Part shown: in pieces, positions 1 to 11,700 of the stretch
How the letters are laid out: the number at the start of each line of letters is the position of its first letter
Numbering within the stretch: position 1 is the first letter of the stretch
NCBI RefSeq assembly: GCF_009914755.1
Contig: NC_060938.1
From: the human T2T-CHM13v2.0 reference genome, Homo sapiens
Length of the DNA: 64,000 nt
Strand: one strand, 5' to 3'
Notes under the pieces: model-generated
Told to the model about the DNA's origin: nothing
Databases searched by the model: none
The model's input: the letters and a program-made list of their open reading frames with translations, nothing else
Position numbers and translations under genes: made by a program

Positions 1-603
1 CTCAAAGACAGGACCTCCTCTCATTTCTCCTGACAGCTTCCATGCCATGAATATCAGGATTTGCTTTCACCAATGGGGGGTGGGATATCCAAGAGGTTAA
101 GTGACCTGTCTGCTGGTAGTCTTCTGAAAATATGGGATTGAGACTCAGGTTGGTCAGACACCCAGGGCACTCCACCCACATCACCAGGCCAACTCTCCAC
201 GTTCAGTAATAGAAAACAATACATAAGTATTGGAATGTTTCTTGCATTTGTTTTGAGCTTTGCACATGTGCAAATATCTTAAACAATCATTGTGGGCATT
301 GCCAGGGAGAAATGTACAGGAAGATCACACAGCAGCGTCCTGCCAAGGTGGTGATGCTTATGTTAAAGCTGTGAGCTAAAATGATCAATTATTTCATTAT
401 TTTATTGGATTTTCCTGACACATTGTTAAGAAGGTGAGGCAAGAATTATTAATCTTACTTTAAATATAGAGAAACTGAACTAATAAATCAAGAGCAAAGA
501 AGCCAAGGACTTCTCTTCATATTAGCAGAGGTCAGAAAGGAGCTAGTCCGTCAGCCTGAAGGGTTGCACCTTCGACATGGGCGTCTGGCAGCACATTGTG
601 AAA

Positions 604-809
604 CTGTGCTCTCTAATTTGTTAGCTACTAGCCACATGTGGTTACTTACATTCAAAGTAATTCAAATAAATAAAGTTAAAAATCCCATTCCTCAGTCATA
701 CCCACTATACCTCAGGTTCACAATAGCCTCCTGGGGCAGGTGGCTGCCATCTTGGACAGCCCAGAAAGGGAATGTTTCCATCACTGCTGAAGGCCTTGCT
801 GGACAGTGC
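604..809 (-). mobile_element. MER3 (hAT-Charlie MITE)
   Basis: TAGCTACTAGCCACATGTGG ... TTGGACAGC ... GAATGTTTCCATCACTGC matches the reverse complement of the MER3 consensus; about 205 bp. Confidence 0.8.
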
Positions 810-1554
810 ACATCTGAAGACTCTGCACCCAGACCACCAACTTGGGGCATTTTAAATTAGTCACGTGGTCCGCCCCATCTCTCTTTTCCTTTCCATCCTT
901 CAACAAGCTGCTATCCTCACTACCATCTGGGGTCCCTGTGACCTCCCTGTCTGTCCCCTTCTAATGCCTGGCCCAGGGGCAACCAGTGTTTAAACAGTTG
1001 CTGGAAGGCCTGGAAGGGCCTTGGCTCCTGGCAGCTCCAAGACTCTCAGTGGAGCAGTGCAGCTGCCTGCTCTGCCCTGCTGTGTTTCAACTAATCATCC
1101 ACAGTGTGGAAGAAGGGGGCTCCAGGGGGAGGAGGAAGGAGACTTCTGGAAGGTGAGGCACAGCAGGGTGATGAAGAGCTGCCAGGGAGCCAGACATCTG
1201 TGCCCAGACAGAGTTTCACCGATACGATCTTTGTTACTATCCTTGTGAGAGATAAACAACTTGCAGGAGCAGCGTGCAGGGAGGAAGTGCCCTGCTGAGA
1301 AAGTGGTGTGCAGAGGCCAGACACTCAGCCCCTGCGGTCAGGCCCAGGGCGAGGAAGGCGGGGGAGGGGAGGAGGCAGCCCGGGCCCCCCGCACAGGTGA
1401 CAGGAGTCACGGCGCCCACCACAGATGTCACCCAAGAGAGACGTGTGAGCCTTGGCACATGAGGTAGTAGAGGTTCTGTGAGAAAGAGGGGACAAAAAAA
1501 CGGCAGAAGAAAAGTGGGGCTGAGCAGGTTGAGCTTTGTCCTGCATATCGAGGC

Positions 1555-1700
1555 TAAGGATTGGGATTTATAACCTGAATCTGCCACTTACCCGGCTACT
1601 CTGCAGTTGGGTAACTTCTCTAAGACTCAGTTTTACCATCCAAAAAAATGGGAGGTCTGTTTTCAAGATACATTGTCACAGTGTGCCAAGGTTTCTCCTT
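1555..1700 (+). mobile_element. MIR SINE fragment
   Basis: CTGCCACTTA ... CTCAGTTTTACCATCCAAAAAAATGGG MIR core; edges approximate. Confidence 0.6.
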
Positions 1701-1741
1701 GAGCAGAATCAGTAAGTTGTTCTTCCATGAATCAGAGTTCA

Positions 1742-1800
1742 GATGGAGGATGGATGGATGGATGGATGAATGGATGGATGGATGGATGGATGGATGGATA
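1742..1800 (+). repeat. (GGAT)n microsatellite
   Basis: directly visible tetranucleotide run. Confidence 0.95.
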
Positions 1801-2135
1801 GAAATTCTATTAAAGCATTTTGTTTTGTACAATGGATAGATGCATGCCTTTCTTTCCCAAAAGACTAGGAGCTATTCCAAGAAAAGGGATGGGTCTAATT
1901 CATTTGTAAATCTTCATGTGTAGCGCAATTCCAGATACACCTGCTCAGAAAAAAAAAAAAAAAAATGAAAGGAAGAAAAAAAGGGAGGATAACAGAAAAG
2001 GAGGAAGAGGATGCAATGGGAACATATGTTAAACCTCAAATTCATTTATATATGAGGCACTGTCACTAAGATTTTTTCTGTGTGGATTAACTTTGGAGTA
2101 TGGTGATACCTTCAGATCTGAGTTTGGGTTTAGAG

Positions 2136-2311
2136 TAAGATTGCAAATAAAAATATAGGATGCCCAGTTAAATTAGAATTTTAGAAGACCAACAAATATT
2201 TTTTTCTCAGTATGCATACACAATATTTAGGTCACATTTGTACTCAAAAATATCTTGCTCATTTGAAATTCAAATGTAACTGGATGACTTGTGTTTTATA
2301 TGGTAACCATA
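2136..2311. mobile_element. MER53 palindromic hAT MITE
   Basis: ATAGGATGCCCAGTTAAATTAGAATTTTAGA ... TTTGAAATTCAAATGTAACTGGATG ... GGTAACCATA; imperfect inverted arms matching MER53. Confidence 0.8.
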
Positions 2312-4104
2312 GTTTTTGGAGGAAGAAAAAAAAAATAACAGGCCTTTGGACTTGTCATTAACCTACACGTGTTTGAGCACATTTCACCAACGAGCTCCTC
2401 AGTGAGATTTGGGGTAAAAGCCTAGTTAACAATAAGGGCACACTCTGCTTCCTGTTTTCTATGTTCCTTGTACAGATATCTTCCCCCAGGACAACACAAT
2501 CACTTAGTCGAATACATATAATAGAAGCCTAAGTATAGCCAGTGATTTCTAACACTGGTGACTTGGAACTTTTGGAGGGATTTGGAAGTTTCAATGTGAA
2601 TGGGAATGTCAGAGTGAAATGAAATATTCTAAGTGAATGAGAATGTTTAGCGTGAATTAGAATGGGCAGAATAAATTGAACACCAAACATTCAGCAAATG
2701 ATCCAAGTCTCAGCCAACCCTGGTTTAATCTTCATTTGTGCTCCCACCTAAGGGCAAAAGTGACCCAACAGAATTATCTGAAACCCAGTAGAGGGTTCTG
2801 AAACCGTTAGTTTTTTATTTATTTCCAGCATGGCTTCACCAATTCATCCTTTGTCATGCATCAACACTTCGTAATACTATTTCTTCTTCTCTTAGGTCTT
2901 AATTACCATCCCCATTTCTCTATCACGTTCCCATGCTCATAAAACCAATTATTTCTGAGTTGGTCTTTTCTTTCTATTATTACCTACTGAACACCTCCCT
3001 TTCCGCACTAAGTCCTATTGTTGACAATAATTTGGTCAATCTAAATACACCATTTATTTCTGCCTTTTATTCTATGTTTCTTCTCCAAGTTCCCGAACAT
3101 GAGGAGAAGTTTATTAGAGAATTCCTCCAACATAAGAAATAATTAAAGATGTGTTTTTCTTTTGAAGAATTAGGAACACTAAAAGGCATGCATTTTTAAC
3201 ATTACAACTTATTGGTGTGGATGTATTCTTATTCTCTACCTACTCCCTTATGTTATAACACTTTTTCTGGGAATATTTGATCCCATAAAGCCCTTTTTTC
3301 AAGCCATCTCTCCTTCCCATTCTGAAATGATCTCTCTGGAGAGTGGCAGTGATGATACAATAGGTTGGAGTTACTATTATTAAAAATTACTACTTTCCTT
3401 CACTATGTTTCTTTCGTTACCCAGTGGGATTTTGATTCCAGACATTCTCCTTGCTTGACATCCACTGGGGAAGTGATGAAACCATTCATTATTTAAAAGT
3501 TTGGAAGCCACAAGTATTACTGTATCTAACCAGATTGGATTGACTTTTTAGCTCTTTTGATTAATAATTCATAAACCTGAGGATATGTGAATTGGGTGAG
3601 CACTAACCTGCTAACAAAAGAAGAGTAGGAGATGAATGTTAACATGGCTCCTGTGTTGCTTAACACTTCGGACCAACAAAACAAACCCATGTGTCATGGA
3701 ACCTGTTTCATACTTTCAATCCCCAATCAATATTTCATGATTAATGGGCCCATATGTTCACGCAGGTCCCCTGCAGTACAAAATTTGCACTTGCCTCTCC
3801 CATGTGATGGTGTACAAAATGCCTTCTCCAAAAAGAAAGGATTTTGCTTCCTCTAATGAGAGCTTATGTTCAATTCACTTTCCAGATTGTCTGATTGTTT
3901 TGTTTTTAATTTTTCCTTCTTGGGTTTCATTGTAAGGTGGAAATCCTCATTGTACCCAGTAAGTGCTCGGACATCAGATCAACCAATTGAAAGTTTCTAC
4001 AAATGATAGCACTTGTAAGAGAGGGTCATGTAATTTGCAAATGACACATGATATGTTTGAAACCTGGTTAATATTATGCACCATAAAAACTATTTCAATT
4101 GGCA

Positions 4105-4310
4105 TCTGAGGACCTGGGGTTGTGCTCTGTCTGTCACTGACAAGGTGTGTGACCTAAGCCAAGCAACTGCTTTATCTCTCTGGGCTTCATTTTATTTTGC
4201 ATGGTGACTAAAGTCACCCTTTTAGCATTGCTGTGAAGAATGGAGTAAGATTATGTGAAGCACCTACACAGTATCTGGTTTATGGCCATACCCTCCTCAT
4301 TTATTACTTT
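4105..4310 (+). mobile_element. MIR SINE
   Basis: GTGTGACCTAAGCCAAG ... CTCTCTGGGCTTCAT ... GTGAAGCACCTACACAGTATCTGG. Confidence 0.7.
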
Positions 4311-7148
4311 AATGTGTGTGGAATGTTAAATGTTATTAATGTGATTAAATATTAAATATTATTAATGTTATTTAAGTTATTTTATTAGTCAATAAAACAA
4401 TATTAAGTCACATGGTTGTGATGTACAGTGTATTAAAAGCACTTTATAAACTATAATATGTTGAAGCAACCGTAAGGGATCACCATGAGGTATTATCTAG
4501 CATTTAAAGTGGTAGTTATGCTTTCGTTTTGACGTTGAAGTGATCTAAATATTTTCTTTCTATGAAAGTGTATCAGAAGAAGAGGATTAGCTTATTAATT
4601 AATAAACCACAGGGCATTTAAAAAATAGAGCAAAGGAGAATGTATTCCACCGGTTTTCTCAGAAAACTCCCAACTTCTGATTATTTGGGGTCAATTTCAG
4701 TTTACACCTGGGAAGATTTCACTATCAAAGCTGCTACTTAGGAGTACCTGATGAATAACCAAAGATTTCACAGATTTAAAATCAGCAAACAAAATGCAAT
4801 CAACAACCTGTAAGATATCCTGATGCATTAGGACTCACAGCAGAGCACTTCCTTCAGAAGACCTCTGGTTTCTGACTCCAGGAATCCTCCTTCTGCTCCA
4901 CAGCCACTCCAAGGTATTGTGAGAAGTAGGATTGGATACTGGCTTTTCTTTGAGGAACACACTACAAGAAGACAGGCTTGGTCTAGAATTTACCATAATT
5001 TTTTACAAGTGCGTAAACAAGTCTGAGCATATTCAACTCGGACTTTTCCTTGTCTATCAATCCTAAAAAAAGAATAATTTACTTTCCAGCCCCATTCCTA
5101 ATGTCCTCAAGATAAAAGGTAGAAGAAAGTTTATATTCTGGCCCCTTTTGCCAGTGAGTTAAAAGGGAAGGCAGAATTTCTCCCTCAATTTTGCAGAATA
5201 TCGAATTACCTAAAACTTCCATTCTTAAAACTTTGGGGTGAGGGATCGTCGTACAATGTTCTTTTGCCTGTGTGATTTAGGCATCTTGAAAACCATAGAT
5301 TTTGTGTGTGTGTGTGAAGGGGAGAAGATGAGATCTTCCCAGATATGTAACATGTTGTTGCCTATAGTTAGACATAAGGTTGCCTCTTTTCTTGCCTGTA
5401 GTTAGACCTAAACTTACCTCCTTTTCCTTGCTTAGAGACCTGTAATGCAGAGGTAAGCATAGTTCTACACCCTCACCTTTCTGACACCTGCCTCTCAGAA
5501 TACCAAGGATTAAAGGAAGCCTGGATGTGCAGCTTAGAATCCAGATCCCAGCAGAGAGAAGTGCGCACATCCTCTCTGCTGTGTGTGTTGGTGTTGGTGG
5601 GATTTGCAGCCAGCACCCACCTTCCACTCTCGTTTGTCGGGAGCATAAACAGAAGCCAGGACAGGGACAAGGTGACATTTGATGAAAGTCACACAGCCAT
5701 CTTGAGCCACACTGGGGTCCAGCCCTGACCTGCCTCCCACATCCCCCTGCTGCCTGTCCCCAGCAGAGAGACAAAAGAGAAAAAAACACATCTCAGGGGA
5801 TGCACTAGGGCTCTTCCATGCATTGTCTGATTTCTCATTCTCTCTTCAGTTGGGTTGAGAGTCTGCCTCTTCTTCTGTACCTGTTTTGCAAATGACCCTC
5901 AGCTCTTATGCCTCAGCATCAGGAGCTGCTTGCAGGAGCACAGGGAATGGAGCCCATCTTTGACTCGAGAGCGGGTTTCTGCCACTGCAAGTTCCAAACA
6001 GCATTTAACAGAAATTACCAACGTTTGTCTTGGGCAGGGAGGGTGTTGTGCGAGGGGTTTTTTTTTTATTTCCATCAGGGATTAGGAAGAGCAATCATCT
6101 CCTGCCTCTCATCATTACTTTTCCCTGTATCTTTTGCGTTTTTCTGCAGAACCATTTTGCAGGTACAACAGAGCGATCTTTAGAGATAATCTGGTGATTA
6201 TTACAAATTCAGCCTTTCACGCTACAGGCATTAAGAGATGAAAATTGCCTCAAGTCCACTGTTGTACACCCAATCTGTACCTCTGGACTTCTGTCCCGAG
6301 GTGAAAATGCAAACAGAGCAGATATTTAGAATCATTTTGACAGTTCATAAAATTAAGCAGGGATTAGGGATTTGCCTTTTTAAATAATGCCAGAGGGTGC
6401 ACACAATGGTAATCATATCATCCTGCAACAGGTCCAGTCAAAGTTGAACGGACTAGCTAGGAAGAGAGAAAAAACTGTCAGGTTATTAAATCTGCCATGT
6501 ATCAGCTGTTGAAAATCCATTTTTTAAACTTTAAATTAACTGCCTGCCTAATGGAGACACCATCCCCAGCTCCCAACACCAGCCCGTCCTTTGCCGGCAT
6601 GTGTTTTGTTCAGACAATGCATGATTTAGCTTCGATGTCTATGCACATGACTACATCTAGTCAGAGGGGACGATTGTATAAATATGCATGCAGTACAAAT
6701 AGTTTAATTTTAATTGGGACGGAGTAGCTGATGTTGAAACCATTTGTGTAATTTTGAATATTAAGTGTGATATCAAGCATGTGACTGGGTCTATTAGATA
6801 TCAAGAAAAAAAAAAGTACTTGTTTTAATTGCAGTGTGGGGCGGGAGCCTAAGTACTGGACCATGTTCTAGTCCTTCTCCTAAGTGTTATAATTTTGACC
6901 AATAGATTCTTTTTTCCAATGCTACTTTCCAATGTTACTTTCTCCCAATGCTATTGGAGGATTTTAGACCAAGGTGGTCTTTAAAGTGCTGTTCTGAAAG
7001 ACTGGTGATCAAATTCTTCCTTGTGGGGAGAAAGGAGCTCTTGATGCTCACATGCAATGCTGAAGGGAGATCAAGAGCCTGTCAATATCTAAACAAAGGT
7101 TAGAATTATGAAAAAGTAAATCAAATGTAATGTAGGAAGGAAAGACAT

Positions 7149-7153
<5 letters not shown>

Positions 7154-7180
<27 letters not shown>
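7154..7180 (+). repeat. (CA)n microsatellite
   Basis: directly visible. Confidence 0.95.
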
Positions 7181-7339
7181 GAATCACTCCCATACAAACA
7201 CACACTCCACTCACATATATGATCTAAACTAGCAAAGAGCCTCCTGTATTAACATGCTACCAAAATTTAACTCTTAATTCCACCTCCCTGACCCTACCTC
7301 TAAACACATGATTTGCCCTCTAAGAGCCATGGAGGATGA

Positions 7340-7761
7340 TGAACTGGGAAATGCTCCCAGGGAGGAGAGCTTGGGCCTCATCCAGGACATCCCCCCACTC
7401 CAAAGTGGGGAATCCTCATCATGTCTGTCTGGGTTTCAGAATTGCTAAAGACTGGCGGGCACTGTGTGCTGCTTACTCTTCCCTTCTTAAATAGGAGTCC
7501 TCTTGCTTTTGTTCTTCCCTTGTCCCCATAGCACCTTTGTATTTGGGGGTGGTGGTGAGATCACAACTAACTCACATTTTTATTTTATGGGACTTCAGAT
7601 GGGAGAGGGCAGTCTCCAGACTTTATATAGAGACAAAGATGACATTCTGGATTTTGAGTCCAAGATGGATTGGATAGGACTTTTGTCTTTCTTTAGGAAG
7701 GAGTGAGCATCTTGTACATGAGCAAAGGAGGAAGGTGAATACTAGAGACCAAGCGGGCAGA
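7340..7761 (+). mobile_element. MLT1 (ERVL-MaLR) internal sequence, 3' end
   Basis: GGGTTTCAGAATTGCTA ... CTGGATTTTGAG ... GAGTGAGCATCTTGTACATG ... GGGCAGA abutting the following LTR; resembles the MLT1-int 3' terminus. Confidence 0.6.
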
Positions 7762-8122
7762 TGAGGATAGACAGTACTACTCTGAACACATTTTCTGTCC
7801 CTTGCAGAAACACACTACTTCCCGCCACAGTAATGTCAGCCTTGACCTTGTGACTTGCTTTGGCCAGTCGAATATGAGTCGAGGTGGTGGGTGCAGCTTA
7901 TGGACAGAAGTTGCTAGAATCCCTGTGTAGTTCTGCTCTCCTTCATTTTCCCCTTCTGGGAGACCAGCCTGTCCAGATGAAGAGGACACATCACAGAGCC
8001 ACAGAATTCCTGTGATTCCTTGATGAACAACAATATATGTTACAAATAACCCTGCCTCTCTGTGAACCACTGTGATTTGGGGATTGTTTGTTATTCTAAC
8101 ATAGACTTATCTGACTGATATA
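7762..8122 (+). mobile_element. MLT1H/I/J-type MaLR LTR
   Basis: TGTGACTTGCTTTGGCCAGTCGAAT ... GATTTGGGGATTGTTTGTTA ... CTGACTGATATA terminal motif. Confidence 0.7.
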
Positions 8123-8139
8123 AGTAGTCAATTTCTATG

Positions 8140-8775
8140 ATGACCACCATAAATGTCCCTGTTATCAAACCTTCCCTCTCCATCCAAACGGGGGTTGCTT
8201 TCACTCAGGTCACCATCATACCCTCCCTTGAGGTTTGTGAAGGGATTCTGTGAGGTTTTCCTTCCCCTTTTCTTGTTACCCTCTGCTCCATTATCCATAC
8301 TATAGCCAGAGTAATCTCTGCAAAATACAAAACCCATCCTCTCCCTTTCCCCCTGAAACCCCTTCAAAGTCTCCCTGTTCACTCTGAATAGAACCCAAAC
8401 TGCTCTCTGTTTCTTCCAAATCCCTTCATTATCCAGGCCCTGCCTCTCGGTCCCTGCCATTGTCTCTCTTCACTCTGTTCCAAGCTCACGTGCGTGCCTC
8501 AGTTCTGCTCACCTTTGTATCTTTGCACACATGGCTCCATCTGTACTCCTCATTTTACGTTTGGCTCTTTCTCGTCCATTCGTTGCAACCTCACACTTTT
8601 CCTCCTCTACACATCCCTGTCTGACTGTCTCTCCCCATGGTCAAAGCTTACTGCCCTTGCTGTGGTTTTGGGCTCCCTGTGGTTGTCTCTATGCTGCCTT
8701 GTTCTAGTTTTTTGTGTTTTCTCAGGGCCACAGAACCCAGAACATAGAAGATACTCAGTGAGGTGGATGGATGGA
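8140..8775 (+). mobile_element. L2 LINE 3' fragment
   Basis: GCCAGAGTAATCTCTGCAAAATACAAA ... CCCTTCAAAGTCTCCC ... AGAACATAGAAGATACTCAGT L2 tail. Confidence 0.7.
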
Positions 8776-9529
8776 GGAAGTATTGGGATGAGCAAAGCAC
8801 CTACCATCTTTTCTAACATTTACAGAGATCCTGACCCCCAGGCAATGCTAATGCCAGAGGGATGTGAAAGCAAGTGACAATCCAAATCAGAGGGTTGAAG
8901 AGAAAATCTCTGGTCTGTCTGTCCTTGGATTCACTCTCTCCCTGTAGTCTCATCTAGAGATGCAGGGAGTAGCCTGAAAGGAGTGATTCCCTTCCTGTTT
9001 CCCTCTTTCTCCCCTTCTCTCCTGTAGCAGCCTCTTGCCTTTTACCTAGTGCATGTCCTTCAAAGAGGGGTAAGAAAGGAGAAGAGTCTAGGAGTGATAG
9101 ACAAGATAAAAGCTTTAAAAAGTGGCCTCTGGGAACTCAGTGCTCTGGAACCATGTGGTCTGGGGAAGATAACTCAGTTGGGTGACTTAACATGTCTTCA
9201 ATTATGCATAAGGGCATGTGGATGCTAATCAGCAGGCGGCTGTCCTTGCTTCACAGCAAAGCCAGGGCGTGGGAGGAAACACTGACTGTGCCATGTGTGA
9301 GGGCTGCAGCTGACCCGATCGACTGGTTGACTGGTCAAGTGACATTCATTGAGGTTCCTAAGAGATGACCCCTGGACATGCCACCAAGATGTCTGGTCAG
9401 TGCCTGGGAGCAAAGGGAGTAGGCAGAGGGGATTCTTCCAAACACTATTGAAAAGACACAGAGGATTTGCAGATACAGCCATTGTTGTTTATGATTAAAT
9501 ATGATTATCCCAAGTTCTCCCTTGCTTGC

Positions 9530-9860
9530 CTTTGAGCTCAGGTCCTGCCTTGCCTGCCCTCTGGGGAAGCTGCTCCCCTTCTCTGGGTCTCTGTCTTCTC
9601 AATTACAACACGGGCATGTGAATAATAAAGAGTTAACACATTCACTGAACACTTTGTGTGTGCCGGGCACCTTTCTCAATGAACCCTCACTGCACCTCTG
9701 TGAAGAAGACATATTGTTATTTTCCTTTTATAGATGCAGAAACTGAGAGAGGTTAAGTCATTTTTCCGTGGTCGCCTGCCTAGAAAGTGCTAGTGCCAAG
9801 GCTAAAAACCAGGAATCCCATTGTCAGAGCCCATGCCCTGAGCCATTGCCTCTTAACTGC
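9530..9860. mobile_element. Two tail-to-tail MIR fragments
   Basis: TCTCTGGGTCTCTGTCTTCTC (+) followed by TTTTATAGATGCAGAAACTGAG ... GGTTAAGTCA (-). Confidence 0.65.
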
Positions 9861-11005
9861 TTCTCTAATTTTTTTTTTTTTTTTTTTTTTGGCTAATCAG
9901 TCCATATACACGATACACTCCCTTGGTCAGCACTATTTTTCCTATTTTTGTTTGTCTTTAGCATGTCTGAACTCTGCTATATAATGCACCAGTTTGTTCT
10001 GTTACTGTTTTTTATGTCTCAGTTCACTAGGGCAGAGACCTTTATCTATTGTGTTCATTAATGTACTCTGAATACCTAAAAAGAGGTTGAGGCATAGCAG
10101 GTGCTCAATCAAATTTGAATAAATGAAGGAATGATGGTGAATTGGAACCATGATCCAAGGTAAGGCATTCCATACAATATCCGGGAATCCCATTAGAGTC
10201 TGAGAATGTCAGCCACGCTGATAAAGCCAGAGATCCCACCAACGGTCACAGGCTTATCTTCCTTCTGCCTTAAGTTTGGTCACTCTTCTTCAGCAATTCA
10301 CTCCTAGAGACTGAATATGACAACGATTGAGGGTAAACCACCAACAAAACAATGTGCCCTTCTCCTTGAAGATATTCCCCAGGTTCACTTTGGCAGGGGA
10401 GTTGGGAAGGGACCTCAACTCTGGACTTGCACAGAGTTACATGAGTCTCTGGACTCATGTACTTGCCTAGAGACTCCAGCTGTGCCTGACCTCATGGACT
10501 CTCTCAGAAAGCACTAGACAGGGGACACATCTCCACATTGAGAAAACCAGACCCTCCCAGGCTTCCTTTGGCCCACATGTGATACCCAGCATCACCATCT
10601 AGGAGGTACGCAGGGACCATTCTTTTGCTTGAGAACAGAGGACAAAATGTTCCACAGTGTTTGATGGGAACAGAGCGAGGAGGCGAGTGTAAATTTCAGT
10701 ATGAATTGATAACACTTAGTCAGCCGGCTTCTAAAGCAAAGGGTATGAGAGCCTAGTAAGTGTCTTGGCCCGATTCACACAGGGGTCAGATGGGCTGCTC
10801 CTGGAGGAGAGGATGGGCTCTGAGCATCTCTCAGGGCATGTACCCAGCAGTAGTTCTGATCATTTCCAGGGCACTGACTGTGACCGGCCACCACGCTTTT
10901 GTAAAGGCAAGCCCCCGGGGTGGTGGGCTGTTGGTGGAAGTCAGTCTAAGTTGAAGTTTGGAGAAGAAGTGATCTAGGACATCTGATCTGCTTTACACAT
11001 TAAAA

Positions 11006-11250
11006 TAAAGGTCACAAACCTCAATGCCAATAGCATTCAGTTCACATTAGAAAGAGCAAACTGGCTGGGTGGAGACTAGGGGAATATATAGAGCACATGT
11101 TCTGTCTAAATGGGGCAGCAGAAGCTCGATTCCATCCAGTCTTTGCCACAAGAAGTAGGCAAAACTCCAGTTTTTTAAAAAATATTATTATAATTATTAT
11201 TTTATGAGAAAGTTCCCTATCTACATGTTGGTAATAAGTGAGATTTTAAC
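11006..11250 (+). mobile_element. MER102 (hAT-Charlie)
   Basis: GGTCACAAACCTCAATGCC ... GAGCACATGTTCTGTCTAAATGGGGCAGC matches MER102. Confidence 0.65.
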
Positions 11251-11514
11251 TCAAAAGAAAGTAAAGTCAGGAGGGAAAAAGTGATGTTCTATTGGGTACC
11301 AGCTAAGCTGTGCTGGAACCTCATGTTCATTATCGTCTTTTCCCTACCATTTTTGGAGGAGTACATTCCTGTCCTCATTTCACAGTTGACAAAGCTTTGA
11401 CAGAGGTTGGAGAAATTATTTGTCCAAGGTTCCATGGCCATTTAAGTGACTGAGAACAGCGAATGCACAGATCTTTTGACTACAAAGTCACACTCTCCAA
11501 CTGGCAATCGACCA

Positions 11515-11700
11515 TTTTCTAATAGTGAGAGTTGCCCCACAATGGACTCATCCTCATTAAGTAATGAGTTTCCAGTCACTCTGAGCAGCCAAGCAGAATC
11601 TGCATAGCTTCCTTCTAAGAATGCTATAAGAGGCTTTATGCTATAAGAATGATTTAATGATGAAATAAGATGAGATTATATGTATGATTCCTTTACAGTA
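11515..11700 (+). mobile_element. L3/CR1 LINE 3' fragment
   Basis: TTCTAATAGTGAGAGTTGCCCCACAATGG ... GTAATGAGTTTCCAGTCACT ... AAGCAGA typical CR1 3' end. Confidence 0.55.

Noticed and set aside
4320-4410. Very AT-rich stretch as a matrix-attachment region or origin
   Set aside because: Low-complexity sequence between MIR tails; no specific evidence.
5737-5756. CTCF-like motif (GCAGCAGGGGGATG on the minus strand); similar partial matches near 1420, 31755 and 46015
   Set aside because: Each has mismatches at informative positions; not supportable without a PWM scan or ChIP data.
6913-6952. 13-bp tandem repeat TTCCAATG(C/T)TACT with CCAAT boxes
   Set aside because: Ordinary slippage duplication inside a MIR3-like relic; no promoter context.
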